A stretch of 64,000 nt of DNA from Clostridia bacterium. GTDB lineage: Bacteria; Bacillota; Clostridia; TANB77; CAG-508. The stretch lies in contig JAZUKI010000003.1 of assembly GCA_045643205.1 (NCBI GenBank), positions 160,001-224,000 on the forward strand. The letters run 5' to 3'. Both the position numbers and the translations under genes were made by a program. Below the pieces are notes generated by a model that had not been told where the DNA came from, did not search any database, and saw nothing but the letters and a program-made list of their open reading frames with translations. Shown in pieces: positions 50,376 through 61,246 of this stretch. How positions within the stretch are numbered: the first letter of the stretch is position 1; the number at the start of each line of letters is the position of its first letter.

Positions 50376-52367
50376 ATGGGTAAGAAATTATTAATTACAG
50401 AAAAACCTTCAGTTGCAATGGAATTTTCGAAGGTCATAGGTGAAAACTTTAATAGAAGTAATGGATACTTAGAATCTCAAAACTGGATTATTACTTGGTG
50501 CGTAGGTCATTTGGTTACAATGAGTTACCCAGAAAAGTATGATGAAAAACTTAAGTTTTGGCGATTAGATACATTACCTTTTATTCCTACTGAGTGGAAA
50601 TATGAAGTTATTGAGAATGTTCAAAATCAATTTAATGTTGTTCAAAAACTTATGCAAAGAGAAGACCTTGATGTTATATATAATGCAGGGGACTCTGGAA
50701 GAGAAGGAGAATATATTCAACGTTTGGTTCAAATGATGGCAAAGCCAAATCCTAAGGCTGAACGTAAGAGAGTTTGGATTGATTCTCAAACTGAGGAAGA
50801 AATAAAGCGTGGAATCGCTGAGGCGAAAGATAATTCAGAATATGATAGTCTTGCCGACAGCGCTTATTTGCGTGCAAAAGAAGATTACTTAATTGGAATT
50901 AATTTTAGTAGAATGCTTTCTATCATTTATGGTAGAAAACTTGCTCAAGAAATAAATCAAGAGAAGGCATCTATTTCTGTAGGTCGTGTTATGACATGTG
51001 TTTTAGGAATGGTTGTTGAACGCGAAAGAGAAATAAGAAACTTTAAAAAGACTCCTTATTTCAAACTTGAGGCTTGTTTCGACGGATTTAAAGCAGAGTG
51101 GAGAGATAGCGAAAAATCACGTTTTCACGAATCACCAAAGTTATATAATGATAATGGATTCAAGTCTGAAGATGATGTGAAAGAATTTATTTTATCATTA
51201 AAAGGTAAAGAGGCAATTGTTGAAGAAATAAAGAAAAGCAGTCAAAAAGAGAAAGCGCCTTTATTGTTCAACTTGGCTGAAATTCAAAATGAGTGTTCTA
51301 GAAGGTTTAAGATTTCTCCAGATGAAACTCTTGAAGTTATTCAAAATTTATATGAGAAGAAACTTGTAACCTATCCAAGAACAGATGCTAGAGTTCTATC
51401 AACAGCTGTAGCTAAAGTAATTAAGAATAATTTGAATGGTATTGCTAAGGGATATAAAAATGAAGAAGTTCAGACTCTAATTAAGCATATGTCAGAAAGA
51501 AAATATTCTTTAGATATAGTTAAAACAAAGTATGTTGATGATAAGAAAATAACAGACCACTATGCAATTATTCCAACAGGACAAGGTTTTGAAAACTTTG
51601 AAAAGTTACCTCAACTTCACAAAGATGTGTATGATTTGATTGTTCATAGATTTTTAGCTATATTTTTCCCACCTGCAGCATTTAATAAACTTAATATTAC
51701 TATGGATATTGATGGGAAAAAGTTCTTTGCTAATGCAAGAGAATGCACAGATGAGGGTTACATGGAGGCTTGGAAAAAGTCTGCTAAGCCAAAAAAAGAT
51801 GAGTCAGAGGAAAAAAATGAGAAAACAGTGGATTCTGGAACTCAAAATCAAGATTCTGATGAACAAAATTCAAATTCTGAATATGATGAGGAAAATCAAA
51901 ATAATATTTTAAATATTAACTTGAAGAAGGGACAAAAGTACTCTGTGTGCAATTATGAAATAAAACAGTCTGAAACAACCCCTCCAAATCGATATAATTC
52001 AGGATCAATGATACTTGCTATGGAAAATGCGGGTAAATTAATAGAAGATGAGGAACTTAGGGAGCAAATTAAGTCTGCTGGTATTGGAACTAGTGCTACA
52101 AGAGGTGGAATTATAGCAAAATTGGATAAAATTCAATATATTGCGATAAATGGTAAGACTCAAATCATAACTCCTACACAAAAAGGTGAGTATATATATG
52201 ATATTGTTAAAATTGCTATGCCAGATCTTCTAAATCCAGAGTTGACAGCAAGCTGGGAAAAAGGCCTAGATATGGTTGCTAAAAAGGAGATTCAGCCTGA
52301 TGTTTTTATGAATAAATTGACCGATTATATCAACAAGAAATTTGACAAATTGGTGATAAAAAGGTAA
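50376..52367 (+). CDS. topB: DNA topoisomerase III (type IA)
   Basis: EKPSVA, GHL, D..REGE, SVGRV, LYE....TYPRTD, HYAIIPT, GIGT.ATR. Confidence 0.88.
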   Translation: MGKKLLITEKPSVAMEFSKVIGENFNRSNGYLESQNWIITWCVGHLVTMSYPEKYDEKLKFWRLDTLPFIPTEWKYEVIENVQNQFNVVQKLMQREDLDVIYNAGDSGREGEYIQRLVQMMAKPNPKAERKRVWIDSQTEEEIKRGIAEAKDNSEYDSLADSAYLRAKEDYLIGINFSRMLSIIYGRKLAQEINQEKASISVGRVMTCVLGMVVEREREIRNFKKTPYFKLEACFDGFKAEWRDSEKSRFHESPKLYNDNGFKSEDDVKEFILSLKGKEAIVEEIKKSSQKEKAPLLFNLAEIQNECSRRFKISPDETLEVIQNLYEKKLVTYPRTDARVLSTAVAKVIKNNLNGIAKGYKNEEVQTLIKHMSERKYSLDIVKTKYVDDKKITDHYAIIPTGQGFENFEKLPQLHKDVYDLIVHRFLAIFFPPAAFNKLNITMDIDGKKFFANARECTDEGYMEAWKKSAKPKKDESEEKNEKTVDSGTQNQDSDEQNSNSEYDEENQNNILNINLKKGQKYSVCNYEIKQSETTPPNRYNSGSMILAMENAGKLIEDEELREQIKSAGIGTSATRGGIIAKLDKIQYIAINGKTQIITPTQKGEYIYDIVKIAMPDLLNPELTASWEKGLDMVAKKEIQPDVFMNKLTDYINKKFDKLVIKR

Positions 52368-52532
52368 AATAGAAGGTGTTGTATTAATTTTATGAAACAC
52401 ACTAAAGTTTTACGCAAATAAGACTTTTGAATAAATGTAATATTACATTTGAGGGTTTCATCTTGAAAAGTTTATACATTTATTGATAAAATAAAAAAAG
52501 ATTGATATTTACTCTAATTTTAGGAGGAAAAA

Positions 52533-53621
52533 TTGGTTAATATTAAAAAGAAAGTAGCAGTTAAAGCGAGAAAGGGCATTAAGTTCTTAGGCGTAATAGC
52601 TGTAGCCGCTATATTAATATTAGGTTTAATTGAGATTTCATACCGTCAAACATATTCAGTTTCACTTGATGGAGAAATTATTGGTTATACAAACGATAGA
52701 GTTGCACTTCAAAAGAGAATCAATGATTATCTAAATTCAGGTAATGGAAAGGATATCGCTTTTGTTGAATTACCTACAATGCCTACTTATGAAGCGGTAT
52801 TACTTAAGAAAAACGTTGAAACTAATGATGACGAGATATTTAAAAAGATAGCTTCAAAGGGAACAGCATATTACAGATACTATGCAATTGTTGCTGATGG
52901 AACTGAGAAGGCTTATGTTTCAAGTTTTGATGAGGCTGAAGAAGTTGTAAAAAAATTGAAAGATAAGAATAGTTCTAACAAAGATAAGCTTGGAATTGTT
53001 GAAAAATATAATTCAAAGCCAGTTACAGAAACACGTATTGCTGTTAATGATGAAGGAAAAGTTAATGATGTAAATCAAGATGAGTTAACTGATGAGGACA
53101 AAACAGGTTCTACAGAAGTTAAACTTGCTACAGTTGATGAGGCTGTTGATAAAACATATGTAAAGAAAGTTACTCAAAATTACACATCTTATCAATATAT
53201 TGGAACTCAAATTTATGCTTCAACACAATATTCTACAAATTTAGGATTTTCTTTAATTCAACCAGTTAGTGGTGTTATCACATCAAGATTTGGATGGAGA
53301 TCAAGAGATAATCATAAAGGATTAGATATTGGTACACCTACAGGAACTGCAATTAAGGCAGCTCACTCAGGTACAGTTACTTTAGCTTCTTGGTATTATG
53401 GCTATGGTAATTGCGTTGATATTAAGAGTGATGTAAATTCAAGTGTTTCTACAAGATATGGTCACTGCAGTAAACTATATGTTAAACCAGGACAACATGT
53501 AGAACAAGGACAAGTTATTGCAGCAGTTGGTTCAACAGGTATTTCTACTGGACCACACTTACACTTTGAGGTTCAAATCAATGGAGCTCAAACAGATCCA
53601 CAAAATTACATATACAAGTAA
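52533..53621 (+). CDS. M23 family peptidase
   Basis: ITSRFG, HKGLD, YGH, STGPHLHFEV. Confidence 0.92.
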   Translation: MVNIKKKVAVKARKGIKFLGVIAVAAILILGLIEISYRQTYSVSLDGEIIGYTNDRVALQKRINDYLNSGNGKDIAFVELPTMPTYEAVLLKKNVETNDDEIFKKIASKGTAYYRYYAIVADGTEKAYVSSFDEAEEVVKKLKDKNSSNKDKLGIVEKYNSKPVTETRIAVNDEGKVNDVNQDELTDEDKTGSTEVKLATVDEAVDKTYVKKVTQNYTSYQYIGTQIYASTQYSTNLGFSLIQPVSGVITSRFGWRSRDNHKGLDIGTPTGTAIKAAHSGTVTLASWYYGYGNCVDIKSDVNSSVSTRYGHCSKLYVKPGQHVEQGQVIAAVGSTGISTGPHLHFEVQINGAQTDPQNYIYK

Positions 53622-53740
53622 TCTATTGACAAGAGAAACTTTAAGATGTTATAATGGCACAGTATTTGAAAGATTTTGACTAGTTAATAGCTCGAAAATC
53701 CCATACAATAGTTTGTAACTGTGGAAGGAGGGGATAAAAG

Positions 53741-53911
53741 ATGCCAGAAATAAAAGTAGTTAATGGAAATATAGAAGATGCTTTAAGAAAACTTAAAAGA
53801 GAAAACGCTAGAAATAACTTATTACAAGAGGTTAGAAAAAGAGAATGCTATGAAAAACCTAGCGTAAAAAGAAAGAAAAAATCAGAGGCTGCAAGAAAAA
53901 GAAAGTTCTAA
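53741..53911 (+). CDS. rpsU: 30S ribosomal protein S21 (absent from the ORF track)
   Basis: [20 protein letters not shown]...[27 protein letters not shown]; AGGAGG RBS; promoter at 53626-53655. Confidence 0.95.
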   Translation: MPEIKVVNGNIEDALRKLKRENARNNLLQEVRKRECYEKPSVKRKKKSEAARKRKF

Positions 53912-54107
53912 GCCCTTGAAAGCTTTTAAGTAAATCGAATAACGAATAGTTATTGACAAGTTAAAAATACTAGAGGGTGCTATCTCAGCACTCTCTTTTT
54001 TATTTTAATTTTTACTGTTATTTCAATTTACTTTTAATCTATTTTTCATGTTAATATTAATATTATTTTTATAACAATAATTATATACTCAAGCGAAAGG
54101 AAAACGT

Positions 54108-55331
54108 ATGAATATAAATAGAATTGAATCAAAAAAATATGTTACTAATGCAATTGCTATTTATTTAACAACTGCACTTGATAAAGAAACAATGACAATG
54201 AATTCTTTAATTCCAGAAATTTTAATAAGGGGTTCAGAAAATTGTAAGACACAATTAGATATTGCTAAAAAATTAGAAGATATGTATGGTGCTACTTTGA
54301 ATTTTTCAAGAGAAAAAGTTGGAAACTTCTATGTTATGAAGTTCTTTATAAATACTCTTGAAAATAAGTATTTGCCTGAAAAAATAAATTTAGCACAAGA
54401 AGGAATTAATTTATTAGCTGATATTATTTTTAATCCATTGAAAGAGAATGGAGCTTTTAATGCGACTTACGTAGAGCAAGAAAAAGAAAATATGAAGAAA
54501 GAAATTGAGTCAAGAAAAGATGATAAGGATGCATATGCATATTCTAGAGCTTTGGAGGAACTATTAGAGGACGATCCTTATGGTGCTTTTATTTATGGCG
54601 ATTTGGAACATCTAGAAAAAATTGATAGCAAAAATTTATATGAATATTATCAAAAATTATTGAGTGAATGTAAAATAGATATTTTTGTAAATGGCTTTGA
54701 TGCGAACGATATTACTTTACCTGAAGACATTGAAAAATATGGAAATGCCGAATTTGCAAAATTAAGTGATGAAGTTAAAAATAAACTTTTAAAACAATAT
54801 GAAGAACCTAAAAAGGTTGTAGATATACTAGATGTAACACAAGGAAAATTAGACATTGGGTTAAGAGTTCCTGCAGAAGATAAGTATGCAATTTTAGTAT
54901 ACAATGAAGTGCTAGGCGGAGATGCAAATTCAAAATTATTTCAAAATGTAAGAGAAAAAAATGGCTTAGCATATACTGTAAAATCAACGTATGCAAAAAA
55001 CAATAACTACATTATGATTAGAACAGGAATTCAGTTGGAAAACTATGATAAGTGTTTGAAAGTAATTGAAGAGCAACTTGATGATATGAAGAATGGAAAG
55101 ATTACTGATAAGGAATTAACTGATGCGAAAGAGTGCTTATATGCGGCGCTTAGAGCTATTGATGAGAGCCAACTTTCGACAATTAATTATGAGTATGCGA
55201 GAGAAACTTTAGCAGATGATGATTCGGTTGATGAGAAGAAAAAGAAAATCGAAAACGTAACAATTGATGATGTTGTTAGAGTTGCAAATGGTGTTTCGAT
55301 GAATCTTATTTATTACTTAAAAAATGCTTAA
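54108..55331 (+). CDS. M16 peptidase, inactive subunit (YmfF-like)
   Basis: LGG...SKLFQNVREK..LAY; lacks HxxEH. Confidence 0.88.
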   Translation: MNINRIESKKYVTNAIAIYLTTALDKETMTMNSLIPEILIRGSENCKTQLDIAKKLEDMYGATLNFSREKVGNFYVMKFFINTLENKYLPEKINLAQEGINLLADIIFNPLKENGAFNATYVEQEKENMKKEIESRKDDKDAYAYSRALEELLEDDPYGAFIYGDLEHLEKIDSKNLYEYYQKLLSECKIDIFVNGFDANDITLPEDIEKYGNAEFAKLSDEVKNKLLKQYEEPKKVVDILDVTQGKLDIGLRVPAEDKYAILVYNEVLGGDANSKLFQNVREKNGLAYTVKSTYAKNNNYIMIRTGIQLENYDKCLKVIEEQLDDMKNGKITDKELTDAKECLYAALRAIDESQLSTINYEYARETLADDDSVDEKKKKIENVTIDDVVRVANGVSMNLIYYLKNA

Positions 55332-55427
55332 TAAAATTGAGTGTTACATTTATTAGCTAAAATTAATTAATAAAATTGAGCGTTATATTTATTAGCTAAA
55401 ATTAATTAATAAAATTAAGCGTTATAT
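55328..55427. repeat. 39-bp tandem repeat, about 2.5 copies
   Basis: ttaataaaattgag(t/c)gtta(c/t)atttattagctaaaattaa. Confidence 0.85.
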
Positions 55428-55468
55428 AAAATAGATTATTGCATAGAGATACTAAATAAGGAGAAAAG

Positions 55469-56749
55469 ATGGAAGTAATTGAGAATAAAAAACTTGATGT
55501 TAAAGTTTATAAAGAAACATTAGATAATGGTTGCCAAGTTATTATTATTCCAAGAAAAGACAGAAAAAAGAAATATATTATTTGGGCAACAAAGTATGGA
55601 TCAATTGATAGCAATTTTATTGATCCTGTTACAAACCAAGAAATACATGTTCCAGATGGCGTTGCACATTATCTTGAGCATAAAATGTTTGAACAAGAGA
55701 ATGGCGTTGATAGTTTGTATAAAATGATGAGTTTAGGATTAAATGCAAATGCTTATACAACAACTGATCACACAGCATATTTGTTTTCTTGTTCTGAAAA
55801 TTTTTATGAAGGATTGGATGAATTGATGGATTATTTTCAACATCCTTATTTTACAGATGAGAATGTTGAAAAAGAGAGAGGAATTATTGGACAAGAAATT
55901 CAAATGTATGATGATGATCCTGAATGGAGTTTATATATTAATACATTGAGATGCTTGTATAAAAACAATCCTGTAAGACTTGATACTGCAGGAACTATAG
56001 AAACAATTAGTCATATAACAAAAGAAACTTTATATAGTTGTTACAATACTTTTTATCATCCATCAAACACTATAATGTGTGTATGCGGAGACTTTGAACC
56101 TGAAAATTTACTAGAAGAAATTAAGAAAAGAATGATTCCTCGCGAAAAACAAAATGAGATAAAAAGAATTTATCCTGAATATGAAAATAACATTTATCAA
56201 AAACATATTGAAGCTAAAAAAGATGTTAATATGCCAATTTTTATGGCAGGATACAGAGATTTTTCAAAGACTGAGATAAATGGGAATAGTTTCGAAAAAG
56301 CTAAAAGAGACATTGCTATAAAAATGATTTTAGATATGCTTGTTGGTGAATGTTCTGACGTTTATCAAAAATTGTACAATGAAGGTTTGGTAAAAACTGC
56401 GTTTCAATATGCTAATGAAACATCAAATGAATTTGCTCATATCATTATAGAAGGAGAATCAAAGGAACCTGAAAATGTTTACGAACAACTTGTAACTGCA
56501 TTGCAAGATAATCAATTTACAGAAGCGGACTTTGAGCGAACAAAAAAGAAAGCTTATGGTGAAAATATATATGATTATGATGATGTTGTTGCAATTGGCA
56601 GAACATATATAAACACATCAATTCAAGGAATTGATGCATTAGATTATATAGAAGCATTAAATAAAATTGATTTTAAATATGTTCAAGCAGTAAGAAAAGA
56701 AGTGTTTGTAAAAGAAAAAGCTGTTTTATCAGTAGTAAAACCAAGCTAA
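55469..56749 (+). CDS. M16 peptidase, active subunit (YmfH-like)
   Basis: GVAHYLEHKMF, NAYT, KERGIIGQEI. Confidence 0.92.
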   Translation: MEVIENKKLDVKVYKETLDNGCQVIIIPRKDRKKKYIIWATKYGSIDSNFIDPVTNQEIHVPDGVAHYLEHKMFEQENGVDSLYKMMSLGLNANAYTTTDHTAYLFSCSENFYEGLDELMDYFQHPYFTDENVEKERGIIGQEIQMYDDDPEWSLYINTLRCLYKNNPVRLDTAGTIETISHITKETLYSCYNTFYHPSNTIMCVCGDFEPENLLEEIKKRMIPREKQNEIKRIYPEYENNIYQKHIEAKKDVNMPIFMAGYRDFSKTEINGNSFEKAKRDIAIKMILDMLVGECSDVYQKLYNEGLVKTAFQYANETSNEFAHIIIEGESKEPENVYEQLVTALQDNQFTEADFERTKKKAYGENIYDYDDVVAIGRTYINTSIQGIDALDYIEALNKIDFKYVQAVRKEVFVKEKAVLSVVKPS

Positions 56750-57036
56750 AAACTATCTTATTAGGTCAAAAATAGCTTGTTAATATATATTGATAGAAGC
56801 TAAAATGGGCTAAGAAACTGAAAAAACAAGAGTTGAAGAAAAAAGACTTATAGGAAAAAACAGATAAAAATTGATTTTTTACCCAAAATGTGGTAAAATA
56901 AAAGTGCGATGATTAATTAGAAAGGCTTTATATTTCAAAATTGTAATTTTAAATGTATTGCAAATTGAAAAAAAACTTTCTATAATCAAAGATGTAAATA
57001 TTTTATAATAAATTTATTATTAAAAGGAGAATAATT

Positions 57037-57396
57037 ATGAAAACAAAAACAATCATGAAAATATTAACAGTTGTTATGATGATAGCTATGATTGCTACAA
57101 TGAGCACAGTAGTATTTGCTGACATGAATATTCCAACAGCATCAGGAGATGTTCCTTCAGGATTAAGTAATGCAGCAGGAGTAGTTATTACTGTAGTACA
57201 ATTTATATGCTATGCAGCAGCAGTAGTAATGCTTATGATATTAGGTGTTAAATTTATTTCTGCATCTCCAGATGGAAAAGCTGAAATTAAAAAATCTGCA
57301 GTTATCTATGTAATAGGTGCATTATTAGTATTCTTTGCAGGATTAATCTTAGGCTGGATTAAAGATATAAACTTTACTTCAGCTTCAGGTAAATAA
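57037..57396 (+). CDS. VirB2/TrbC-like pilin 1
   Basis: Signal peptide ending VFA; two hydrophobic helices around GVKFISASPDGKAEIKK; own terminator at 57427-57465. Confidence 0.75.
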   Translation: MKTKTIMKILTVVMMIAMIATMSTVVFADMNIPTASGDVPSGLSNAAGVVITVVQFICYAAAVVMLMILGVKFISASPDGKAEIKKSAVIYVIGALLVFFAGLILGWIKDINFTSASGK

Positions 57397-57588
57397 TAAG
57401 AAAAAATTTGAAAATGTAAATTAATTAAAAAATCTTAATGTTAGAGATAGCATTAAGATTTTTTTACTTTTTATATTTCAAAAAGATTACAAATAAACTA
57501 CATTTAAGTAATAAAATTGAATAGCAAATTACTGTTATAGTATATTTATATATGTAATTAATTAGATTATTTTAAGGAGAAAAAATTA

Positions 57589-58398
57589 ATGGAAGGAATG
57601 CAAAATAATAATCAACAATTTGGAAACAAATCAACTCCAGAACAATATATGATGGCTCAAAAACAAGCATATATGCAAAGAATGAGACAACAATATTTAT
57701 ATCAACAAAAGATGATGCAACAAAGAATGGCTACACCATCTCAACAAGGTTTTATTAAACAAACAATGCAAAGCCCACAACAAGTTGCAAATCAAATGAG
57801 TAATAAAAGTGTAAATCCTATGCAAAATAGAAACATAGGACCTGTTAATCAACCAATTAATAATTCTCCAGAATATAATTTTTATAAATTTAATCAAAAT
57901 CAACAACCAATAAAACAAGATGATTTTGCAAACAAAAGTCAAGTAAAGATTCAATGGAAATTTGATGAAGGTACAAAAGTAGAACCACAACAATCAGCAC
58001 AACAACATATGCAACAAATGGCTCAACCAATGCAACAACCTGTACAACAAATGGCTCAACCAGTGCAACAACCTGTACAACAAGTAGCTCAAACAGTACA
58101 ACCAATACCACAACAGCAAGTACAACAAAATCAACAACCAATACAAGAAAATGCACAAAATCAAATTGAAGAAGATGAATTAAAAGATTTAAAAATAGAA
58201 TATGAAGGTCAAATAGTTGATTTAGAATCAATGTCAATTGAAGAAACAAAAAAATTCAGAGACAAACTAGAAAAAGATAGAGAAGAAGTAATTGCAAAGT
58301 TAAACATGATTTTAGCTAGAGATCCAAATCTAAACCCAGTTAGACTTGAAGATTTTCCATATTATGCAATGCTCAAAAAAATTCAAAAAGGAGTGTAA
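57589..58398 (+). CDS. Gln/Pro/Met-rich low-complexity protein
   Basis: QQMAQPVQQP repeats; short folded C-terminus. Confidence 0.7.
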   Translation: MEGMQNNNQQFGNKSTPEQYMMAQKQAYMQRMRQQYLYQQKMMQQRMATPSQQGFIKQTMQSPQQVANQMSNKSVNPMQNRNIGPVNQPINNSPEYNFYKFNQNQQPIKQDDFANKSQVKIQWKFDEGTKVEPQQSAQQHMQQMAQPMQQPVQQMAQPVQQPVQQVAQTVQPIPQQQVQQNQQPIQENAQNQIEEDELKDLKIEYEGQIVDLESMSIEETKKFRDKLEKDREEVIAKLNMILARDPNLNPVRLEDFPYYAMLKKIQKGV

Positions 58399-58401
58399 AA
58401 G

Positions 58402-59583
58402 ATGGCTGAAATACAAGATAATAAAGAACAAGAAAATGAAGAAAAAGTTCAACATAGTCTTGGTGAAGTAATTAAATTATTAAATCAACTTTCAAGTATT
58501 AATTTAACATATAAAACAACATCAATAGCACTTCATACTAAACAAAAAATACAAGCAAAAAAAGAATTGCATGAGCAAGCAAAAGCTGATGCAGTTGTTA
58601 TTTGTGCAAAATATAAACTTGGAAAAGAAGCAGAAGCAGAAGCAATAAAAGCAGTTACTGAAAAATATGATGAAGAACTTAAAAAAATTCAAGAAGAATA
58701 TGATCAAGTAGCAACATCAAAGTCAGAAGAACGTAGTAAAAATGAAAATGAATATGAAGATTTAGTAGTTAAAGAAGCAGAAACTAGAAAAGCATATAAA
58801 GAAACAAAGAAATCAAAAGAATATAAAGAATATTTAGAATTAAATAAAAAAATTGAAAAAGACGAAGAATTCTACAAAAACAACAAGTTTATTAAACCTG
58901 AAGTTGCTAGTGAAATGTTAAAAAAATTAGAGGAAATAAAAAATCAAAATCCTTTAAATGTTCATGTTGAAGAATTAAAGAAAATTGAAGAACGTAAAAA
59001 ACAAATCAACAAAGAAAATAAAGAAATAGATAGCGAATTAAAGGCTTTAGAAACAAATTTTGAAAAGGTTTGGGATGAATTAGATATTAATAAAAAACAA
59101 GCCTTAATAGAAACAAAAAATAAAGATTTAGTAAAACCAACATTAGCACAAAGATTATCAAATTTCTTTACAGGCCAAGGTAAAAGGATGGAAAAGGCTA
59201 AAACCGAGATAAAGGCAAAGACAGAAGAAAGAATTGAAGATTTCAAGGCATTTAGCAAAAATGTTGGAATGGGCATTGTTTTTAGAGCTAATAATGCTAA
59301 AGAAAAAGTTAAAGACGCGTATATACGTAACAAAATCAATAGACGTGAAAGAATAAATGCATTATATGCAAAATTAACAGATAGTTATCAAACAAAGACT
59401 CAACAAATGGCAGAACTAAGAAGTTCAGAAAAGGAAAATGAAGTTCAAGATCAAGAAACAGAAAATGCTGTTGCTGGAGGAGTTCCGGTTCCAGAAGCAA
59501 AGGATCCTATTGCTGGAAATGATGCAAATACCAAAGTTGAAACACCAAACAAACAAGATAAAAAAGATTTGGGAGATAGATAA
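58402..59583 (+). CDS. Coiled-coil hypothetical protein
   Basis: E/K-rich heptads; ends DKKDLGDR. Confidence 0.7.
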   Translation: MAEIQDNKEQENEEKVQHSLGEVIKLLNQLSSINLTYKTTSIALHTKQKIQAKKELHEQAKADAVVICAKYKLGKEAEAEAIKAVTEKYDEELKKIQEEYDQVATSKSEERSKNENEYEDLVVKEAETRKAYKETKKSKEYKEYLELNKKIEKDEEFYKNNKFIKPEVASEMLKKLEEIKNQNPLNVHVEELKKIEERKKQINKENKEIDSELKALETNFEKVWDELDINKKQALIETKNKDLVKPTLAQRLSNFFTGQGKRMEKAKTEIKAKTEERIEDFKAFSKNVGMGIVFRANNAKEKVKDAYIRNKINRRERINALYAKLTDSYQTKTQQMAELRSSEKENEVQDQETENAVAGGVPVPEAKDPIAGNDANTKVETPNKQDKKDLGDR

Positions 59584-59877
59584 GAAGAAAATAGAAAATA
59601 AAAAATAAAAAACTTTTGCTACAGGCAAAAGTTTTTTTGTGCTTAAAATAATAAAAAACAAATGCAAAAATGAATTAAAATAATATAAAAAACGTATAAA
59701 AACAACATAAAAAAGATAAAAAAATAAGAAACTAAAAAAGCAATAAAAAGTAGTAAAAATATAGCCAAAAATCATATAAAAATGTAACAAAAATGACTTA
59801 TAAAAAAGGCTTAAAATTGTTGAAAGAATAGGGGTTTTATATTAAAATGGTAATGATAGAAAAATAGGAGAATTGTC

Positions 59878-60222
59878 ATGAAAAAAAGTAATAAAAAAAT
59901 AATAAAAATTTTAATAGCATTAGCATTAATGTTAATGCTTGTATTATGCGGTACTACAACATTTGCAAATACATACCATGTAGACAATATAGAACCAACA
60001 AGTGTACCTTTTGCAGGAATAGTAATAACAGTAGTTCAATTTTGCTGTTATACAGCAGCTGTAATTTGGATAATGATTATGGGAATAAGATACATGTCAG
60101 CAGCACCAGATGGAAAAGCTGAAGTAAAGAAACAAATGATGGCAGCTTTTATAGGAGGATGTATATTGTTTGGCGTAGGAACAATAATCAGAATTGTCGC
60201 AGATATAGCTACACAACTTTAA
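59878..60222 (+). CDS. VirB2/TrbC-like pilin 2
   Basis: Paralogue of pilin 1: VITVVQF, GIRYMSAAPDGKAEVKK. Confidence 0.75.
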   Translation: MKKSNKKIIKILIALALMLMLVLCGTTTFANTYHVDNIEPTSVPFAGIVITVVQFCCYTAAVIWIMIMGIRYMSAAPDGKAEVKKQMMAAFIGGCILFGVGTIIRIVADIATQL

Positions 60223-60349
60223 AGTATAGCAAATAGAGTAAAACAAAAAAGCAAAAAACAAAACAAATTAAATTAAAAATCAAGTAAAGCAAATAAATTT
60301 TAAATGCGAGCACAAAGAGGAATTGCGAGCACAAATATGGAGGAATAAA

Positions 60350-60748
60350 ATGAGTAAATCAATTAGTAAAAAAATATTAATAGTATTAGCGATTATAGGA
60401 ATCATAAGCGTTGTTTTTTCTACATCTATTTTTGCAACTGACCCTGTAGATACAGATATTTGGGGACAAGGCAGTAACTTTATAAAACAAGGAACGAGTG
60501 ATAGTAAAATAACCTTTCCAAAAGTATGGGAAGAATTAAAACCAATTGCAAGAATTCTTATGGGAATAGGACTTGTAGTTTTAGTTTCTGTAGGATCTAT
60601 ATTAGGCGTGAAATACATGATGGCTGGAGCTGACGATAAAGCAAAAGTAAAACAAAGATTAGTATGGTTTTGCGTAGCAGCTGCACTTATAGTTGGGGCA
60701 ACAGGAGTATTCAACATTGTAGTTAATGTAGCAAGCCAATTACAATAA
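60350..60748 (+). CDS. VirB2/TrbC-like pilin 3
   Basis: GGAGG before ATG at 60350; signal peptide ending IFA; GVKYMMAGADDKAKVKQ. Confidence 0.72.
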   Translation: MSKSISKKILIVLAIIGIISVVFSTSIFATDPVDTDIWGQGSNFIKQGTSDSKITFPKVWEELKPIARILMGIGLVVLVSVGSILGVKYMMAGADDKAKVKQRLVWFCVAAALIVGATGVFNIVVNVASQLQ

Positions 60749-60816
60749 TAAAACAATGATAAAAATAATTATAAAAACACAATAAGAAGAAGTTAATGGT
60801 TAACGAAGGAGGAAAT

Positions 60817-61245
60817 ATGGGAAGTTATTATATTCCTAGTAACAAGTTAAAAGGTGAATCAAGAATACTATATATCTTTACCGGAAAATCTTTAATATAT
60901 ACAGCAGCAGGCGGATTAATAGGCGGAATATTTTATCTAATATTTGGAGCAATCGGAATGTCAACTGTTGGAATCATTATTATGGCTCTTTTAGCTTTGA
61001 TAGGATTTTCAATTGCAACATTCAAAGTTCCAAACGTAGGAAATTCAAAAATCTCTAAGAATGTTGGTGGAGATAATATTGATGAAATAATAAAAAATTA
61101 TTTTCTTTTTAGCCAAAATAAAAAAGTTTATTCATACGCTATTCCAAGAAAAGAAAAGAAAGAAGAAGCAACACAAGAGAAAAAGATTGCAGGATTTAAT
61201 GTTAATTTGGGAATGGGAGAAAAGAACAAAGGAGGAATAAGATAA
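60817..61245 (+). CDS. PrgI/VirB3-like membrane protein
   Basis: Y.IP.....E.RI...FT.K.L N-terminus, two TM, located upstream of virB4. Confidence 0.65.
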   Translation: MGSYYIPSNKLKGESRILYIFTGKSLIYTAAGGLIGGIFYLIFGAIGMSTVGIIIMALLALIGFSIATFKVPNVGNSKISKNVGGDNIDEIIKNYFLFSQNKKVYSYAIPRKEKKEEATQEKKIAGFNVNLGMGEKNKGGIR

Positions 61246-61246
61246 A

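Noticed and set aside
50376-52367. topB as evidence of an ICE including the T4SS genes
   Set aside because: It is separated from the T4SS genes by rpsU and ymfF/ymfH housekeeping genes
55328-55427. 39-bp repeats as a CRISPR array
   Set aside because: Units are contiguous with no unique spacers, and no cas genes are present
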